NCBI GenBank assembly: GCA_012295275.1
Contig: CM022665.1
Span: forward strand, 45,694,001-45,758,000
DNA length: 64,000 nt
Reading direction: 5' to 3'
Origin: Chrysomallon squamiferum
Lineage: Eukaryota > Animalia > Mollusca
Shown: piece by piece, positions 16,544 to 32,192 of the stretch
How the letters are laid out: every line of letters begins with the position of its first letter
Numbering within the stretch: position 1 is the first letter of the stretch
Notes under the pieces: generated by a model
Told to the model about the DNA's origin: nothing
The model's database searches: none
Seen by the model: only the letters and a program-made list of their open reading frames with translations
Position numbers and translations under genes: made by a program

Positions 16544-18390
16544 CAACAACAACAACAAACAACAACAACAATAATAATAATAATAAAGCAAACACTTATT
16601 TAAGATCTATTTATTGTAAATTTAGAAATATAGCACAAGAATAATATGAATTCTTATATCCCTTTTGGTACATATAAACAATACATATACACTGGGGCAA
16701 ATACTACAATGGTACGGCACCTATCAGCACACAAATGAGTTTATCACAGATCAACCGCTGACTGCTCCACTAATATTACACGGGTCTACTTCACTGGTTC
16801 CTAAGCTGACTGGGTAACAACTGTATGTGCCAAAAACAATGGTGTAGCTGACAAAAGGACTTGATATTTCAAGTGAAAAATTACAGTATGTATCAAGAAA
16901 ACAATTCGTTTTAAAAATTATTTGAAACTGTATCTCGATCTATTTCTCGTTATGTGTTTGAAATATTAGAACAATCATTGGAAAAAGTATTATGATTATA
17001 AAACTTTATTGTTAGCAAAGGTTGATACTATCCAAAAGAGCAAACACTATGTTGTAAGAATTAAATCACTCACGAACACACGTGGGTTCGGGGTAGGCAA
17101 GGCGGTATTACACAATATGGCTCTATCATTTTTTACACAAGTAGTGAGCTGGGCATGGGTGAAACTGGAAAAATAATAATAACAATAATAATAATGGTAA
17201 CAACAATAATAAAATTAAAATAATAATAGCAATAATAATAATGATAATAACAGTGATAGTAATACTGACAATAACAATAATAACAATAACAACAATAATA
17301 TTAACAAGAACAATAATAACAATAACAATAACAGCAATAATAATAACAATAATAAAATAACAGTAACATCAATAATAATAACTAATAGTAACAATAATAA
17401 TAATAGTAGTAATAATAACAATAACAAAAATAATATTAACAAGACCAATAATATCAATAACAACAATAATAATAACAATAATAATATAACAGTAACATCA
17501 ATAATAATAACTAATAGTAACAATAATAATAAAACAATAATAATAATAGTAGTAATAATAATGATAACAACAGTGATAGTAATACTAACAATAACAATAA
17601 TAGTAATAATAAAAATAATAATAGTAGTAATAACAATAATAGTAATAATAATAGTAGTAATAATGATAATACTAATAACAGTAATAATTATAATAGTAAT
17701 AATAATAAAAGTAATAATAATAATATAATAATAATAGTAATATAATAATAATAGTAATAATAGTAATAATAATTATAGCAATAATAGTAATAATAATAAT
17801 AACAATAAAATAATAATAATAATAATGATAATTTGTCAAACATTTTAAAAATATTTTACAGACATATTCATCGTATAATTAAACATGCCTATGTCTATTT
17901 GACTCACGCGCCTATGTAGACATCATCTTTAACTCTATGTATATGTGTGAATGCCTGTGTTTTCTGTTTATGTACACACATAAACGCAAATAAATCTACG
18001 TCGTAATCATACATTTAAACAAACACGATATAAACTCAAATATATATTTTTTAAACTTACACGACAAAGATGTTTTGATTCATTTGATTTTGCCTGCACT
18101 GTCAACATCAGAAGTGTACAGACAACCTGAAACGAAAATAACTTTTTAAACTTTCTGTTTGTCAGTAAGAAAAGCATGCAATACAAGTATAATTGTAGTT
18201 ATTGATTCTCAATGTTTTCTACACTTTTCAAGATAGAAACATTAATTTAAATGTGAGAAGATGCTTAGTATTGTTTTGAAATGCTTTTTCTTTTTTTTCT
18301 TCTATTTTCTTTTCTATTTTTTTTTTTTTGCAATATAAAATAATATTATAATAATGATAAGTTTGTATACTAATTATATGATTATTTATT

Positions 18391-18427
<37 letters not shown>

Positions 18428-18765
18428 TAATCTCTCTCTTTGTCTCTCTGTCTCTTTCTCTCTCTCGCTGTGTACCTAAGGCAAAAAGCCACAAACTAAA
18501 GCCATTATCACATCTGACAGTTTAACAATACCATCCCCAACACTTAATCAGGCTGTTGTGATTAAAATCGTTATCAAATTTAAATACAAAATAATTCCAT
18601 ACAGTACTCACGCACGCACAAACATATACAAACAAACACATGTATGGTAAATCCACACACACAAAAGTCGTCATTATATATAACCGTTCAAACCTATATT
18701 AACAATTAAATAACAATGGTACTTACAAAAATTGGCAGAAACTCAACACAACTGATCTTTGCCAT
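16282..18765 (-). pseudogene. WAP array copy E, frameshifted (pseudogene or consensus indel errors)
   Basis: Exons 18765-18727, 18126-18061, 17164-17074 (91 nt vs 88), 16450-16282 (169 nt vs 167). +2 in a T-run (about 17129-17134) gives TGT AAA AAA TGA. There is also +1 in a G-run (about 17090-17093) and +2 (GT) at about 16403-16406 in the WAP exon. Confidence 0.7.
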
Positions 18766-19033
18766 GTTGGAAATGTCTACTGGGTAACCCGTGTATGCTG
18801 GTAAGTTTTTATAAAGTGTCAAGCCGAATACGTGAAGGACAGTTGTTTGTGTATTCCAGATACAAAAGCAATTACTGACAAGCAGACATCTCGTCAACAA
18901 CAGCAACAACAACGACATTAAATAATGATAAATGTTCGATATGTATGTTTATACAAAAAGTGTGTGTGTTTGTATGTGTGAGTGGATAGATATCTATATA
19001 TGAATGATTATATGGACGTATGTGTACGCACAT

Positions 19034-19131
<98 letters not shown>

Positions 19132-19741
19132 TGCCATGCATCCACCGTCATGTCTCTTTATTTATTTAAGTCAGTATGCACATGACTTAATAAATCATTC
19201 TTGTACCAAATCACGGTGAGAACAATTTTTGTACACAGTGTTACTGTCAGTATACATCTATTTATTTATTTATAGATATATAATATAGGCAGTCTTTGAT
19301 TAACAGGTTTTAATACCTGCCAAAAGCTTTCAGTTGATACCTTAAAACATAAATTAAATCGTAAATTGGGTTAACGGTTTTTGTTCAATGGTGATCAACT
19401 TTCGTACAGAATAGTCTGGTAAACAGAAAAGATGTTAATGCGTTGGATATTTATAGGTTGTTGTCTCTTATGTAAAATTATAGAATAGGATTTCTTTCAG
19501 TGCCTGAGATCAGACGTAGATAAAGAAACAGGGTATATGTATACAACACTTACAGTCAGAGAGTGACAGTCATTAGGAACTAAATATAAGATTTCAGCGT
19601 TTTGTTTCTTATTATAGAGGATTTTATTTACATACTTACTTAATTATTTAATTACTTATTTTTCTTTTCGTGTCAGTCGATTATATCCTGAATAATCGAT
19701 TTATTATGCTGTTTTGCTTTCAATCAGAGAGTCAGAGATAG

Positions 19742-19818
<77 letters not shown>

Positions 19819-20387
19819 CAATATGTAGACAATGTTTAGGACAGTAATTAGCAATTAATTATGAGATTTCCCTTAGCATTTAGTTTCTCCATCACTTTTG
19901 TTATCGAGAATTTTATTTATTTATATATTTATTTATTTATTTAATTATTATGAAATTAGATATAAAATAAAATAAACTTATTTAAATATTTTGTATGATT
20001 ATTAGATCCGATATCCTCAGAATACAAGTGAAGCATCGAATAATCGATAATCATGCCATACGTATCGGAATTACCGTATTTATTCTTGTATAAATCACAG
20101 TTTTTCTTATACATGTGTTTTTGTGTTTCTGTTCGTGTATGTCTGTGTATGTGTTTGTGTATATGTATATAGATAGATAGACAGACGGACAGAGAGAGAC
20201 ATAGACAGATAGACAAATATATATATATATAAATGGGGTGTAACTTTGACACAAGTAAACCATCTGCTTTATATGCAAGAGAAAAGCTTATAAATAGTTT
20301 TATAACATTCTGTGTAATTATTTATAAAGCATATATTATCTCCAGTTAATTAATTATTTTGTCTATATATATATATCTGTGTGTGTG

Positions 20388-20430
<43 letters not shown>

Positions 20431-20901
20431 TATATTTATTATTCCTTTTATCACTTAAAGTATTACTGTGTTATCATTCTGTTTATTCACAGCTCTTCTT
20501 GCATTAGTTAACTATCTATGACTGTTTCTGTAGTCTCTGTCAGTCACTGAATCATTAATTTGTATATAACACTATATTCATAACTGTACTTTTCTCTTTA
20601 TCAGATCAGTATAAAATCAATCATAACAAAATCCAAAACAGCATTTTAATAGTTTACATAGTTCTCACCAATGTTTCTTAAAATCCAAAGTAAAAAAATA
20701 TATATATTAATAATAATAAAGAAATAAAGAAAAAAAGAAACAAACAAAGAAACAAAGAAATAATATTTATAATAATAAATAAAAAAATAATAAATAAATA
20801 AATACCGAATAAAAAAAGACAACATTATATTCATATGCTAAATCTTAAATTTAATTTCTTTTCGAATTTTTTTTTTTTTGTTGTTCTTTTTTTGTTTCTC
20901 C

Positions 20902-21115
20902 TCACCAAGGATCTGGATCCTGAATCGGGTAGGTGCATAATTTGCAGTTGGAATAGAAAAAGCAGCATTTATAGAAGAATGGGCATTCGTAGTCGAACGT
21001 GCAGTTTCCTCCACATCTGTACGTGAGAGGGGGTAAGGATGATGGACAATAGCCAAACTTAACTCTTCCTATAAGATAAATAATAATAATGATGATGATG
21101 ATGATGATGATGATG

Positions 21116-21149
<34 letters not shown>

Positions 21150-22320
21150 AACAATAACAACAACAACAACAACAACAATAATAATAATAATAAAGCAAAC
21201 ACTTATTTAAGATCTATTTATTGTAAATTTAGAAATATAGCACAAGAATAATATGAATTCTTATATCCCTTTTGGTACATATAAACAATACATATACACT
21301 GGGGCAAATACTACAATGGTACGGCACCTATCAGCACACAAATGAGTTTATCACAGATCAACCGCTGACTGCTCCACTAATATTACACGGGTCTACTTCA
21401 CTGGTTCCTAAGCTGACTGGGTAACAACTGTATGTGCCAAAAACAATGGTGTAGCTGACAAAAGGACTTGATATTTCAAGTGAAAAATTACAGTATGTAT
21501 CAAGAAAACAATTCGTTTTAAAAATTATTTGAAACTGTATCTCGATCTATTTCTCGTTATGTGTTTGAAATATTAAAACAATCATTGGAAAAAGTATTAT
21601 GATTATAAAACTTTATTGTTAGCAAAGGTTGATACTATCCAAAAGAGCAAACACTATGTTGTAAGAATTAAATCACTCACGAACACACGTGGGTACGGGT
21701 AGGCAAGGCGGTATTACACAATATCGCTCTATCATTTTACACAAGTAGTGAGCTGGGCATGGGTGAAACTGGAAAAATAATAATAACAATAATAATAATG
21801 GTAACAACAATAATAAAATTAAAATAATAATAGCAATAATAATAATGATAATAACAGTGATAGTAATACTGACAATAACAATAATAACAATAACAACAAT
21901 AATATTAACAAGAACAATAATAACAATAACAGCAATAATAATAACAATAATAAAATAACAGTAACATCAATAATAATAACTAATAGTAACAATAATAATA
22001 ATAGTAGTAATAATAACAATAACAAAAATAATATTAACAAGACCAATAATATCAATAACAACAATAATAATAACAATAATAATATAACAGTAACATCAAT
22101 AATAATAACTAATAGTAACAATAATAATAAAACAATAATAATAATAGTAGTAATAATAATGATAACAACAGTGATAGTAATACTAACAATAACAATAATA
22201 GTAATAATAAAAATAATAATAGTAGTAATAACAATAATAGTAATAATAATAGTAGTAATAATGATAATACTAATAACAGTAATAATTATAATAGTAATAA
22301 TAATAAAAGTAATAATAATA

Positions 22321-22358
<38 letters not shown>

Positions 22359-23002
22359 GTAATAATAATTATAGCAATAATAGTAATAATAATAATAACA
22401 ATAAAATAATAATAATAATAATGATAATTTGTCAAACATTTTAAAAATATTTTACAGACATATTCATCGTATAATTAAACATGCCTATGTCTATTTGACT
22501 CACGCGCCTATGTAGACATCATCTTTAACTCTGTGTATATGTGTGAATGCCTGTGTTTTCTGTTTATGTACACACATAAACGCAAATAAATCTACGTCGT
22601 AATCATACATTTAAACAAACACGATATAAACTCAAATATATATTTTTTAAACTTACACGACACAGATGTTTTGATTCATTTGATTTTGCCTGCACTGTCA
22701 ACATCAGAAGTGTACAGACAACCTGAAACGAAAATAACATCACTTTTTAAACTTTCTGTTTGTCAGTAAGAAAAGCATGCAATACAAGTATTATAATTGT
22801 AGTTATTGATTCTCAATGTTTTCTACACTTTTCAAGATAGAAACATTAATTTAAATGTGAGAAGATGCTTAGTATTGTTTTGAAATGCTTTTTCTTTTTT
22901 TTCTTCTATTTTCTTTTCTATTTTTTTTTTTTTTTTGCAGTATAAAATAATATTATAATAATGATAAGTTTGTATACTAATTATATGATTATTTATTTAA
23001 CA

Positions 23003-23040
<38 letters not shown>

Positions 23041-23376
23041 ATATCTCTCTTTGTCTCTCTGTCTCTTTCTCTCTCTCGCTGTGTACCTAAGGCAAAAAGC
23101 CACAAACTAAAGCCATTATCACATTTGACAGTTTAACAATACCATCCCCAACACTTAATCAGGCTGTTGTGATTAAAATCATTATCAAATTTAAATATAA
23201 AATAATTCCATAGAGTACTCACGCACGCACAAACATATACAAACAAACACATCATGGTAAAACACACACAAAAAAAAGTCGTCATTATATATAACCGTTC
23301 AAACCTATATTAACAATTAAATAACAATGGTACTTACAAAAATTGCCAGAAACTCAACACAACTGATCTTTGCCAT
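20902..23376 (-). CDS. Secreted 6-Cys module + WAP protein, copy F (119 aa)
   Basis: Exons 23376-23338 (MAKISCVEFLAIF), 22722-22657 (SNESKHLCR type), 21768-21681 (IERYC variant), 21068-20902 (WAP as in C/D). Intact frame. Confidence 0.9.
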
Positions 23377-23645
23377 GTTGGAAACGTCTACTGGGCAACC
23401 CGTGTATGCTGGTCAGTTTTTATAAAGTGTCAAGCCGAATACGTGAAGGACAGTTGTTTTGTATTCCAGATACAAAAGCAATTACTGACGAGCACAGACA
23501 TCTCGTCAACAACAGCAACAACAACGACATTAAATAATGATAAATGTTCGATATGTATGTTTATACAAAAAGTATGTGTGTTTGTATGTGTGAGTGGATA
23601 GATATCTATATATGAATGATTATATGGACGTTTGTGTACGCACAT

Positions 23646-23750
<105 letters not shown>

Positions 23751-24297
23751 ATTCGTAGCTACATCTCTCATAGATATCGTCATGTCTTTTATTTATTTTG
23801 TGTTTGACTTAATAAATCATCCTTGTACCAAATCACGGTGAGAACAAAACAGTGTTGCCTGTCAGGTAATCTATTTATTTAAATAGATATATAATATAGG
23901 CAGTCTTTGATTAACAGGTTTTTACCTGCCAAAAACTTTCGTAAATTGGGTTAACGGTTTTGTTCAATGGTGATAAACTTTCGTAGAGAATAGTCTGGTA
24001 AACAGAAAAGATGTTAACGCGCTGGATATTTATAGGCTGTTGTTTCTTATGTAAAATTATAGAATAGGATTTCTTTCAGTGCCTGAGATGAGACATAGAT
24101 AAAGAAACAGGGTATGTATGCAACATCTACAGTGAGAGAGTGACAGTCAATAGGAACTAAGTATAAGATTTCAGCGTTTGTTTCTTATTATAGAGGATTT
24201 TATTTACTTACTTACTTACTTACTTAATTAATTAATTTTGTTTTCGTGTCAGTCGATTATATCCTGAATAATCTATTTATTATGCTGTTTTGTTTTC

Positions 24298-24572
<275 letters not shown>

Positions 24573-25006
24573 TCACAGGTAGATAAAGAAACACAATATG
24601 TGTACAATGTTTAGGACAGTAGTTAGCAAATAATTGTGCGATTTCCCTTAACATTTGGTTTCTTGTTATCGAGAATTTTATTTATTCATTTATTTATTAT
24701 GAAATTAGATATAAAATAAAATAAACATATTTAAATATTTCGTATGATTATTAAATCGATATCCTCAGAATGCATGTGAAGCATTGAATAATCGATAATC
24801 ATGCCATGCGTAACGGAATTACCGTATTTATTCTTGTATAAATCACAGGGTTTTTTTTATACTTATGTTTTTGTGTTTCTATTTGTCTATGTCTATGTGT
24901 GTGTTTGTGTATATGTATATAGACAGATAGACAGACGGACAAACACAGAGAGAGAGTTCGACAGACAGTCAGACAGACAGACAGAGAGGTAGACATAGAC
25001 AAACAT

Positions 25007-25101
<95 letters not shown>

Positions 25102-25247
25102 AATAAATGGGGTGCAACTTTGACACAAGTAAACGATCTGCTTTATATGCAAGAGAAAAGATTATAAATAGTTTTATAACATTCTGTGTAATTATTTACA
25201 AAGCATATATTATCTCCAGTTAATTAATTATTTTGTCTTTATATATT

Positions 25248-25284
<37 letters not shown>

Positions 25285-25670
25285 ATTATTTGTTTTATCA
25301 CTTAAAGTATTACTGTGTTATCATTCTGTTTATTCACAGCTCTTCTTGCATTAGTTAACTATCTATGACTTTTTCTGTAGTCTGTGTCAGTTACTGAATC
25401 ATTAATTTGTATACAATACTATATTCATAACTGTACTTTTTTCTTTATCAGATCAGTATAAAATCAATCAAAACAAAATCTAAAACAGCAATGTGATAGT
25501 TTACATAGTTTTCACTAGTGTTTCTTAAAATTCCAAAGTAAAATAAATAAATAAATAAATAAATAAATAAATAGCGAACAACAAAAAACACAACATTATA
25601 TTCATATGCTAAATTTTTTAATTTAATTTCTTTTCACCGGGATTTTTCTGTTCGTTTTTCTTTCTCGTCA

Positions 25671-25866
25671 CTAAAAACCGTAGCCCGACCTCGGCGGCGT
25701 GCATATTCTGCCACAGTAATCTACTACGCAGCATTTCCAGTCACCTGGACATTCGTAGTCGTAGTAGCAACGTTGTCGACATCTGGACTGGACCCTAGGG
25801 AAGTTGAATGGACAACGGCCGGGCTTAACTATCGCTGTAAAACAAATAATAACAATCACAATAATC

Positions 25867-25903
<37 letters not shown>

Positions 25904-26430
25904 TGATAATGATGATAATAATAATTATAATAATAATAACAATAATAATCATAATGATAATAATAATTAGAACAATAATTGCAATATTTTATTTTTTTAA
26001 TTCTGTGTATTGAAGAAATACATTGGTTGGAACAGACTGTTCAAAAAAAGCTAGCACAGGCATATGCAAAATTTAAATATCAATTAATATATAACGTATA
26101 TTTCAAATTTTTCTTTACGTATGTTGGTTTGAGTGTATGCATGTATTTTATGATTTTTAATATTTTCTGTGTTATATACTACGTCTGATTAGTCAATATT
26201 CGGGAACGCACTGGAGTACAAAGTCCAATCACGAATTCACAAACACCGAAAGCAAACAACATTACCAAGACAACACAGTGTATGTATGTATGTATGTATG
26301 TACGTATTTACATATTATATATCTATATTTAATAACATGACATAAAATGAATGTCTATATTTCATTATCCTGTTTTCTGCATAAATCAAACGATCAACTT
26401 TATGCTGTAAGAAAAAAAATATATATATAC

Positions 26431-26471
<41 letters not shown>

Positions 26472-26627
26472 CCTCGGGCATAAATCATAAATTTAAGACA
26501 GCCATTTTGCATAATCGTATTAAATACGGAAGACTAAATAATTACTGATTCATAAAATAAAAAAAATAATTTTTTTTAACAATCCATCATTTAAAGGGCA
26601 CATTTGAACGTTAGAGCAAACTAACTT

Positions 26628-26687
<60 letters not shown>

Positions 26688-27010
26688 TATTATTATTATT
26701 ATTATTGTTGTTGTTGTTGTTGTTGTTGTTGATGATGATGATGTGGCTGTCATCGTTTTTATCGTCGTCACCATCATCGTCTTCATTATCATTATCATCA
26801 TCATCATCATTATTATTATTATTATTATTATTATTGTCATTACTATTATTATAAAACTTTATTATTAGCCAGGTTTGGTGACTAGTAATTAAGAATTAAA
26901 GTACTCACGGACGCACGTGGGGTAGGGTGGGCACGGAGTTGTGAAACAGTTTGGCTGTATCACTTTACATATGTAACCTGGCCTGCATCTGTGAAACTGG
27001 AATAATAATG

Positions 27011-27050
<40 letters not shown>

Positions 27051-27289
27051 TGATGATGATGATGATGATAATAATAATAATGATAATAATAATAATAATA
27101 ATGATGATGATGATGATGATGATGATAATAATAATAATAATGATGATGATAATAATAATAATAATGATGATGATGATGATGATAATAATAATAATAATGA
27201 TAATGATAATAATAATAATGATGATGATGATGATGATGATAATAATAATAATGATAATAATAATAATAATAATGATGATGATGATGATG

Positions 27290-27321
<32 letters not shown>

Positions 27322-27581
27322 AATAATAAGAAGAAGAAGAAGAAGAGGAAGAAGAAAAAGTAGAAGAAGAAAAAGAAGAAGAAGAAAAGTAATTAATTAG
27401 TAAATTTGTTTATTTATTCTCTTTAAGTTTATCAATGTCAGATTAATAATAAATTTTTCACAGTTTATGAAATATTTTACAGATATATTCATCTTATAAT
27501 TAAACATATCTATATTGTACTTATTTCACATGCACGCATATACAAACATCATCTCTCTATCTCTGTACGTATGTGTGTGTC

Positions 27582-27629
<48 letters not shown>

Positions 27630-28224
27630 CACATGCACATATACATGTATGCACACACACACACACAGACAAACACATAAATTCAAACATAAATATACAA
27701 ACACACATTTACAGATATAAATATTCTCTCTGTATGCACACCCATATACGCAAATAAATCTATGTCGTAAACATACATATAAAGAAGCACGATATAAACT
27801 GCTATCTTTTAAATTTATTTTTATTCTTTTTGACTTACACGACACAAATACTCTGGTGCACCTAATTTTGCCTGCACTGTCAACATCAGAACTGTACAGA
27901 CAACCTGAAACGAAAATAACATCACTTTTTAAACTTTCTGTTTGTCAGTAAGAAAAGCATGCAGTGCAAATATTTATTATTGTTATTAATTCTGAATGTC
28001 TTCTATACGATTCAAGATTATAACCATTAATTTAAATGTGTGGAGATGTTTAATATTGTTTTGAAATGCTTTTTCGGTTTTTTCTTCTGTTTTTTTTTTT
28101 TATGTTTTTATTTTTTTTTGCGTTATAAAATAATATTAAAATAATAATAAATTTATATACTAATTCTATGATTAACTATTTAACATTCACACACATACAC
28201 ACACAATCGTTCGATTCATGATGC

Positions 28225-28290
<66 letters not shown>

Positions 28291-28586
28291 TGTGTGTGTC
28301 TGTGTCCCTAAGACAAAAACACGTACAAAAAGCTACAAAGTAAAGCCATTATCACATTTATCAGTTTAACGACACCATCTCCAACAATTAATCAAATTTA
28401 AAAACAAAAGGAACTCTATACAATACACACACAGGCACAAACATATACAAACATAATCAAACATAATGCATTTGTAAACTCTAACAAAATAAAAGTCATC
28501 GCTAAATATCTATCCTGTATTAACAATTAAATAACAGTGATACTTACAAAAATCGCTGCATACTCTACACAACTGATCTTTGCCAT
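25671..28586 (-). CDS. Secreted 6-Cys module + WAP protein, copy G (118 aa, Arg-rich WAP)
   Basis: Exons 28586-28548, 27904-27839, 26996-26909, 25834-25671. MAKISCVEYAAIFVVCTVLMLTVQAKLGAPEYLCRFHRCRPGYICKVIQPNCFTTPCPPYPTCVPIVKPGRCPFNFPRVQSRCRQRCYYDYECPGDWKCCVVDYCGRICTPPRSGYGF*. Canonical WAP start KPGxCP. Confidence 0.93.
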
Positions 28587-29130
28587 GTTGGAAACGTCTA
28601 CTGGGTAACCCTTGCCTGTTGGTCAGGTTTTATAAGAAGTCAAGCCGAATGCGTGACAAATACATTTTTTTTTTTTTTTTTTTATCCGGGATGTCAAAGT
28701 AATTAGCAACCAGTGCAATTTTCCTGAGGAGAAAACCTTGAGTTAAATGAGGTCACAGATTTTAGATAAACAGTCGTTTTATAAACTGTTTGTGTGTTTG
28801 TTTTTACTTGGGACTAACAACAAAAACAACAACAACAACAACAACAATCATAATAATTGCAACAACAATAACAAAAACGAAGATGCTAATGATGATGATA
28901 ACGATAATAAAAATAATTAAAAAAAATAATAATGAAAATAATAATAAGAAGAAGAAGAAGAAGAAGAAAAAGAGTAAATAAATAAATAAATAAATAATTT
29001 TAAAAAATGTATGTGAATGTATGTTTATATATGTGTGTGTGTATGTGTATGTGTGTATGTACGTATGTTTGTATGTATGTTCGTATGTGTGAATGTATAA
29101 CATGATAAATATGGATAGATGGATGTGTAT

Positions 29131-29242
<112 letters not shown>

Positions 29243-29607
29243 CTCTCTCTCTCTCTATCTCTCTATCTCTATCTCTACCTCTCTCTCTCTACCTCTCACT
29301 CTAATAGCTTATATTTCTATATTTATCTATGTACGAAGCTGATCATTTATAATCGTAATTAATCAGAGCGAGACACATTTTTTACTATTCAATGTTCTTG
29401 TCATTATAGCTATCAAAATTTCATTTTTATTGATATATAAATAGTCTTTGATTAATAGCTTTCAATACCTGCCACAAAATTTTAAGTGAAGCATGTATTT
29501 TAAATCGTAAATTGGTTTAATGGCTTTTTTTTTTCCGTGATGATAAAGTTTCGTGCAGAATAATTTCGTTGGATAAAAATACGTTGAGAGAGAGTTGGAG
29601 AGAGAGA

Positions 29608-29673
<66 letters not shown>

Positions 29674-30372
29674 GAGAGAGACAACTTAAACACAAGTAAG
29701 CTAGCTGGATTAAAATAATATCATGAAACAGATTGATAACCCAAAATCATGAAATAATCTACAAGAACATCATTTCCAAATGAACTGCTATGCGCAAAAA
29801 AATAATCAACTCATTAGAAATTATGAGCCTAGCAGAATCTTCAGTCAGAAACAAGGAATCTTTTGTTTTGAAGACCAGTTAAGGAACCTTTTAGCTTTTT
29901 GTGTGATAACCTCCCCAATAACCTTAATTTTTGCAAAAACGACTACAGCAAAAACGACTACAAAATACACATAAAAGAATACTAAAATTTTTTCAAAAAA
30001 AGTTTCAACTCTTTACCAAGACGCCTGCTGTCGTCCACATATCACCTGATTGTCGTGACGGACGATGCACACATTGGAAGCCTATATCACCGCTAAGTGC
30101 TAGGGGTCGTCAACGTTTCTGACGTCGTGTCAGCCCACTCTGTCTTTGTACTCCGGTCGACAATGCCGACCTGTCTATTCATGAAAGGCAAGAGATGTCT
30201 TTTTAGCTTGCTTCTGTGTGAGAGTTTATGTCGCTGAACAGACATTTTGACCAGAGTTTGACTTCTACACGTGTTTTTATTGTCCGTGTTTTACAGCTTG
30301 TCTTAAAAAACATAATGCAGAGACAGTAGATGAAAGAAAAAACAAAATAAACGTTTATTCCTTGCTTTTATG

Positions 30373-30416
<44 letters not shown>

Positions 30417-31187
30417 TGTTTTTGTGTATATGTAGATAAATAAACACCAGTAATAGGACAGTAATTAGGAAATAATTATACGATTTCTCTTAGCATTTAG
30501 TTTGTACAGCACTCTTGTTAACGAGAATTTTATTTATTTATTTATTTACTAATTTTTTTTATTAATAATTTTTTTAGTTATTTATTTTTTTTATTATAAC
30601 TTCTCATAAAATAAAATAAATATATTTAAATATTTTCTTCTTAATATTAATATTATTATTAGATAGGTCATCCTGTATCTTTTCAGTTTATGTATTTTTG
30701 TTGTGAAGCATCGAATAATCGATGATCATCCCAGATTATCGTAATAACCGTATTTACTCATGTATAAGTTACATCTTTTTCGTGTATTCTCTCGGGTGCG
30801 CGTGCGCGTGTGTGTGTATTCATAAATGTACTTTTCTTTTTGTGTGTAAGGAACTGAAGATTTGAGGTGTACTTTTGTTCAGATCAGTATAAAATCATTC
30901 ATAATAAAATCTAAACGAGTATTTTTCATAGTTTACCTAGTTCTCGACTAATGTTTCTTAAAAAGCCAAACAAAAAACCCCAGATAAGTAAATACGTAAA
31001 TAAATAAATAAATAAATAGACAGACAGACAGACAGACAGATAAATAAACATATATATATATATATATACCGAACAAAAAACACATTATATTCATATGCTG
31101 AATTTTAGATTTAATTTCTCTTCACCAGGTTTTTAAATTTTTTTGATTTTTTAAAAACATTTTCTGTTCGACTCTGTTTCTCGTCAC

Positions 31188-31434
31188 TTAGAAAGTGAAA
31201 CCCCAAGTCGGGTTGGTGCACCTTTTGCCCCAGAAACCTGTATAGCAGCATTTCTGGTTGCCTGGACACTGGTAGTCGTGATAGCAGTGTTGACCATATC
31301 CATTGTAATAGATCCAGGGATAGGGGTATGGACATCGCCCTGGTTTATATATTGCTGCAAGACAAATTAAAATAATGATGATGATAATGATGATGATGAT
31401 AATAATAATAATGATAATAATAATGATGATGATG

Positions 31435-31469
<35 letters not shown>

Positions 31470-31578
31470 AATAATGATAATGATGATGATGATGATGATA
31501 ATAATAATAAAAATGATGATGATGATAATAATAATAATGATAATAATAATGATAATAATGATAATAATAATAATAATG

Positions 31579-31611
<33 letters not shown>

Positions 31612-32140
31612 TTAAAATTAATCATTTAAAAACATATTTTAAAATTAGTCAGATCAAATGAATCTAACGGAAACGGTAATAAAATATAAAATCCTCTGGA
31701 ATATTTGTTTTGCCAATTTCACCCCCCAGAATTTTAAAGTTTTGTTTTGTTTGATGTGCTGTTTGTTTCCCGTTCTAACCCAGGGGTGCGCAATCTGCGA
31801 CCGTGGGAAGAATGTCACCTCGTCACGTTTAACGTCTCATTTGAACTATAACGAGGCTAAGCGTCAGTACAAACACTCGTACAACATGAATTAACTGTGA
31901 CAGTCAGATGACGTCACACAACGAGGTGTCTCAGTATTCATTTATAGATCCGACTGTTTTAAAAGATGTTATGTAATAAAAAGTAGTAAATAATATTAAT
32001 AACTGCTTTATTTTGACTTTAATGAGAAGTCAGTTCTCATGGAAACATGTAAACATGCTCATATTTTATTATCTTGTTTCCTGCATGAATCAAACGATCG
32101 GATTTACGCTCTAAGAAAACATGTATATATATATATACGT

Positions 32141-32192
<52 letters not shown>

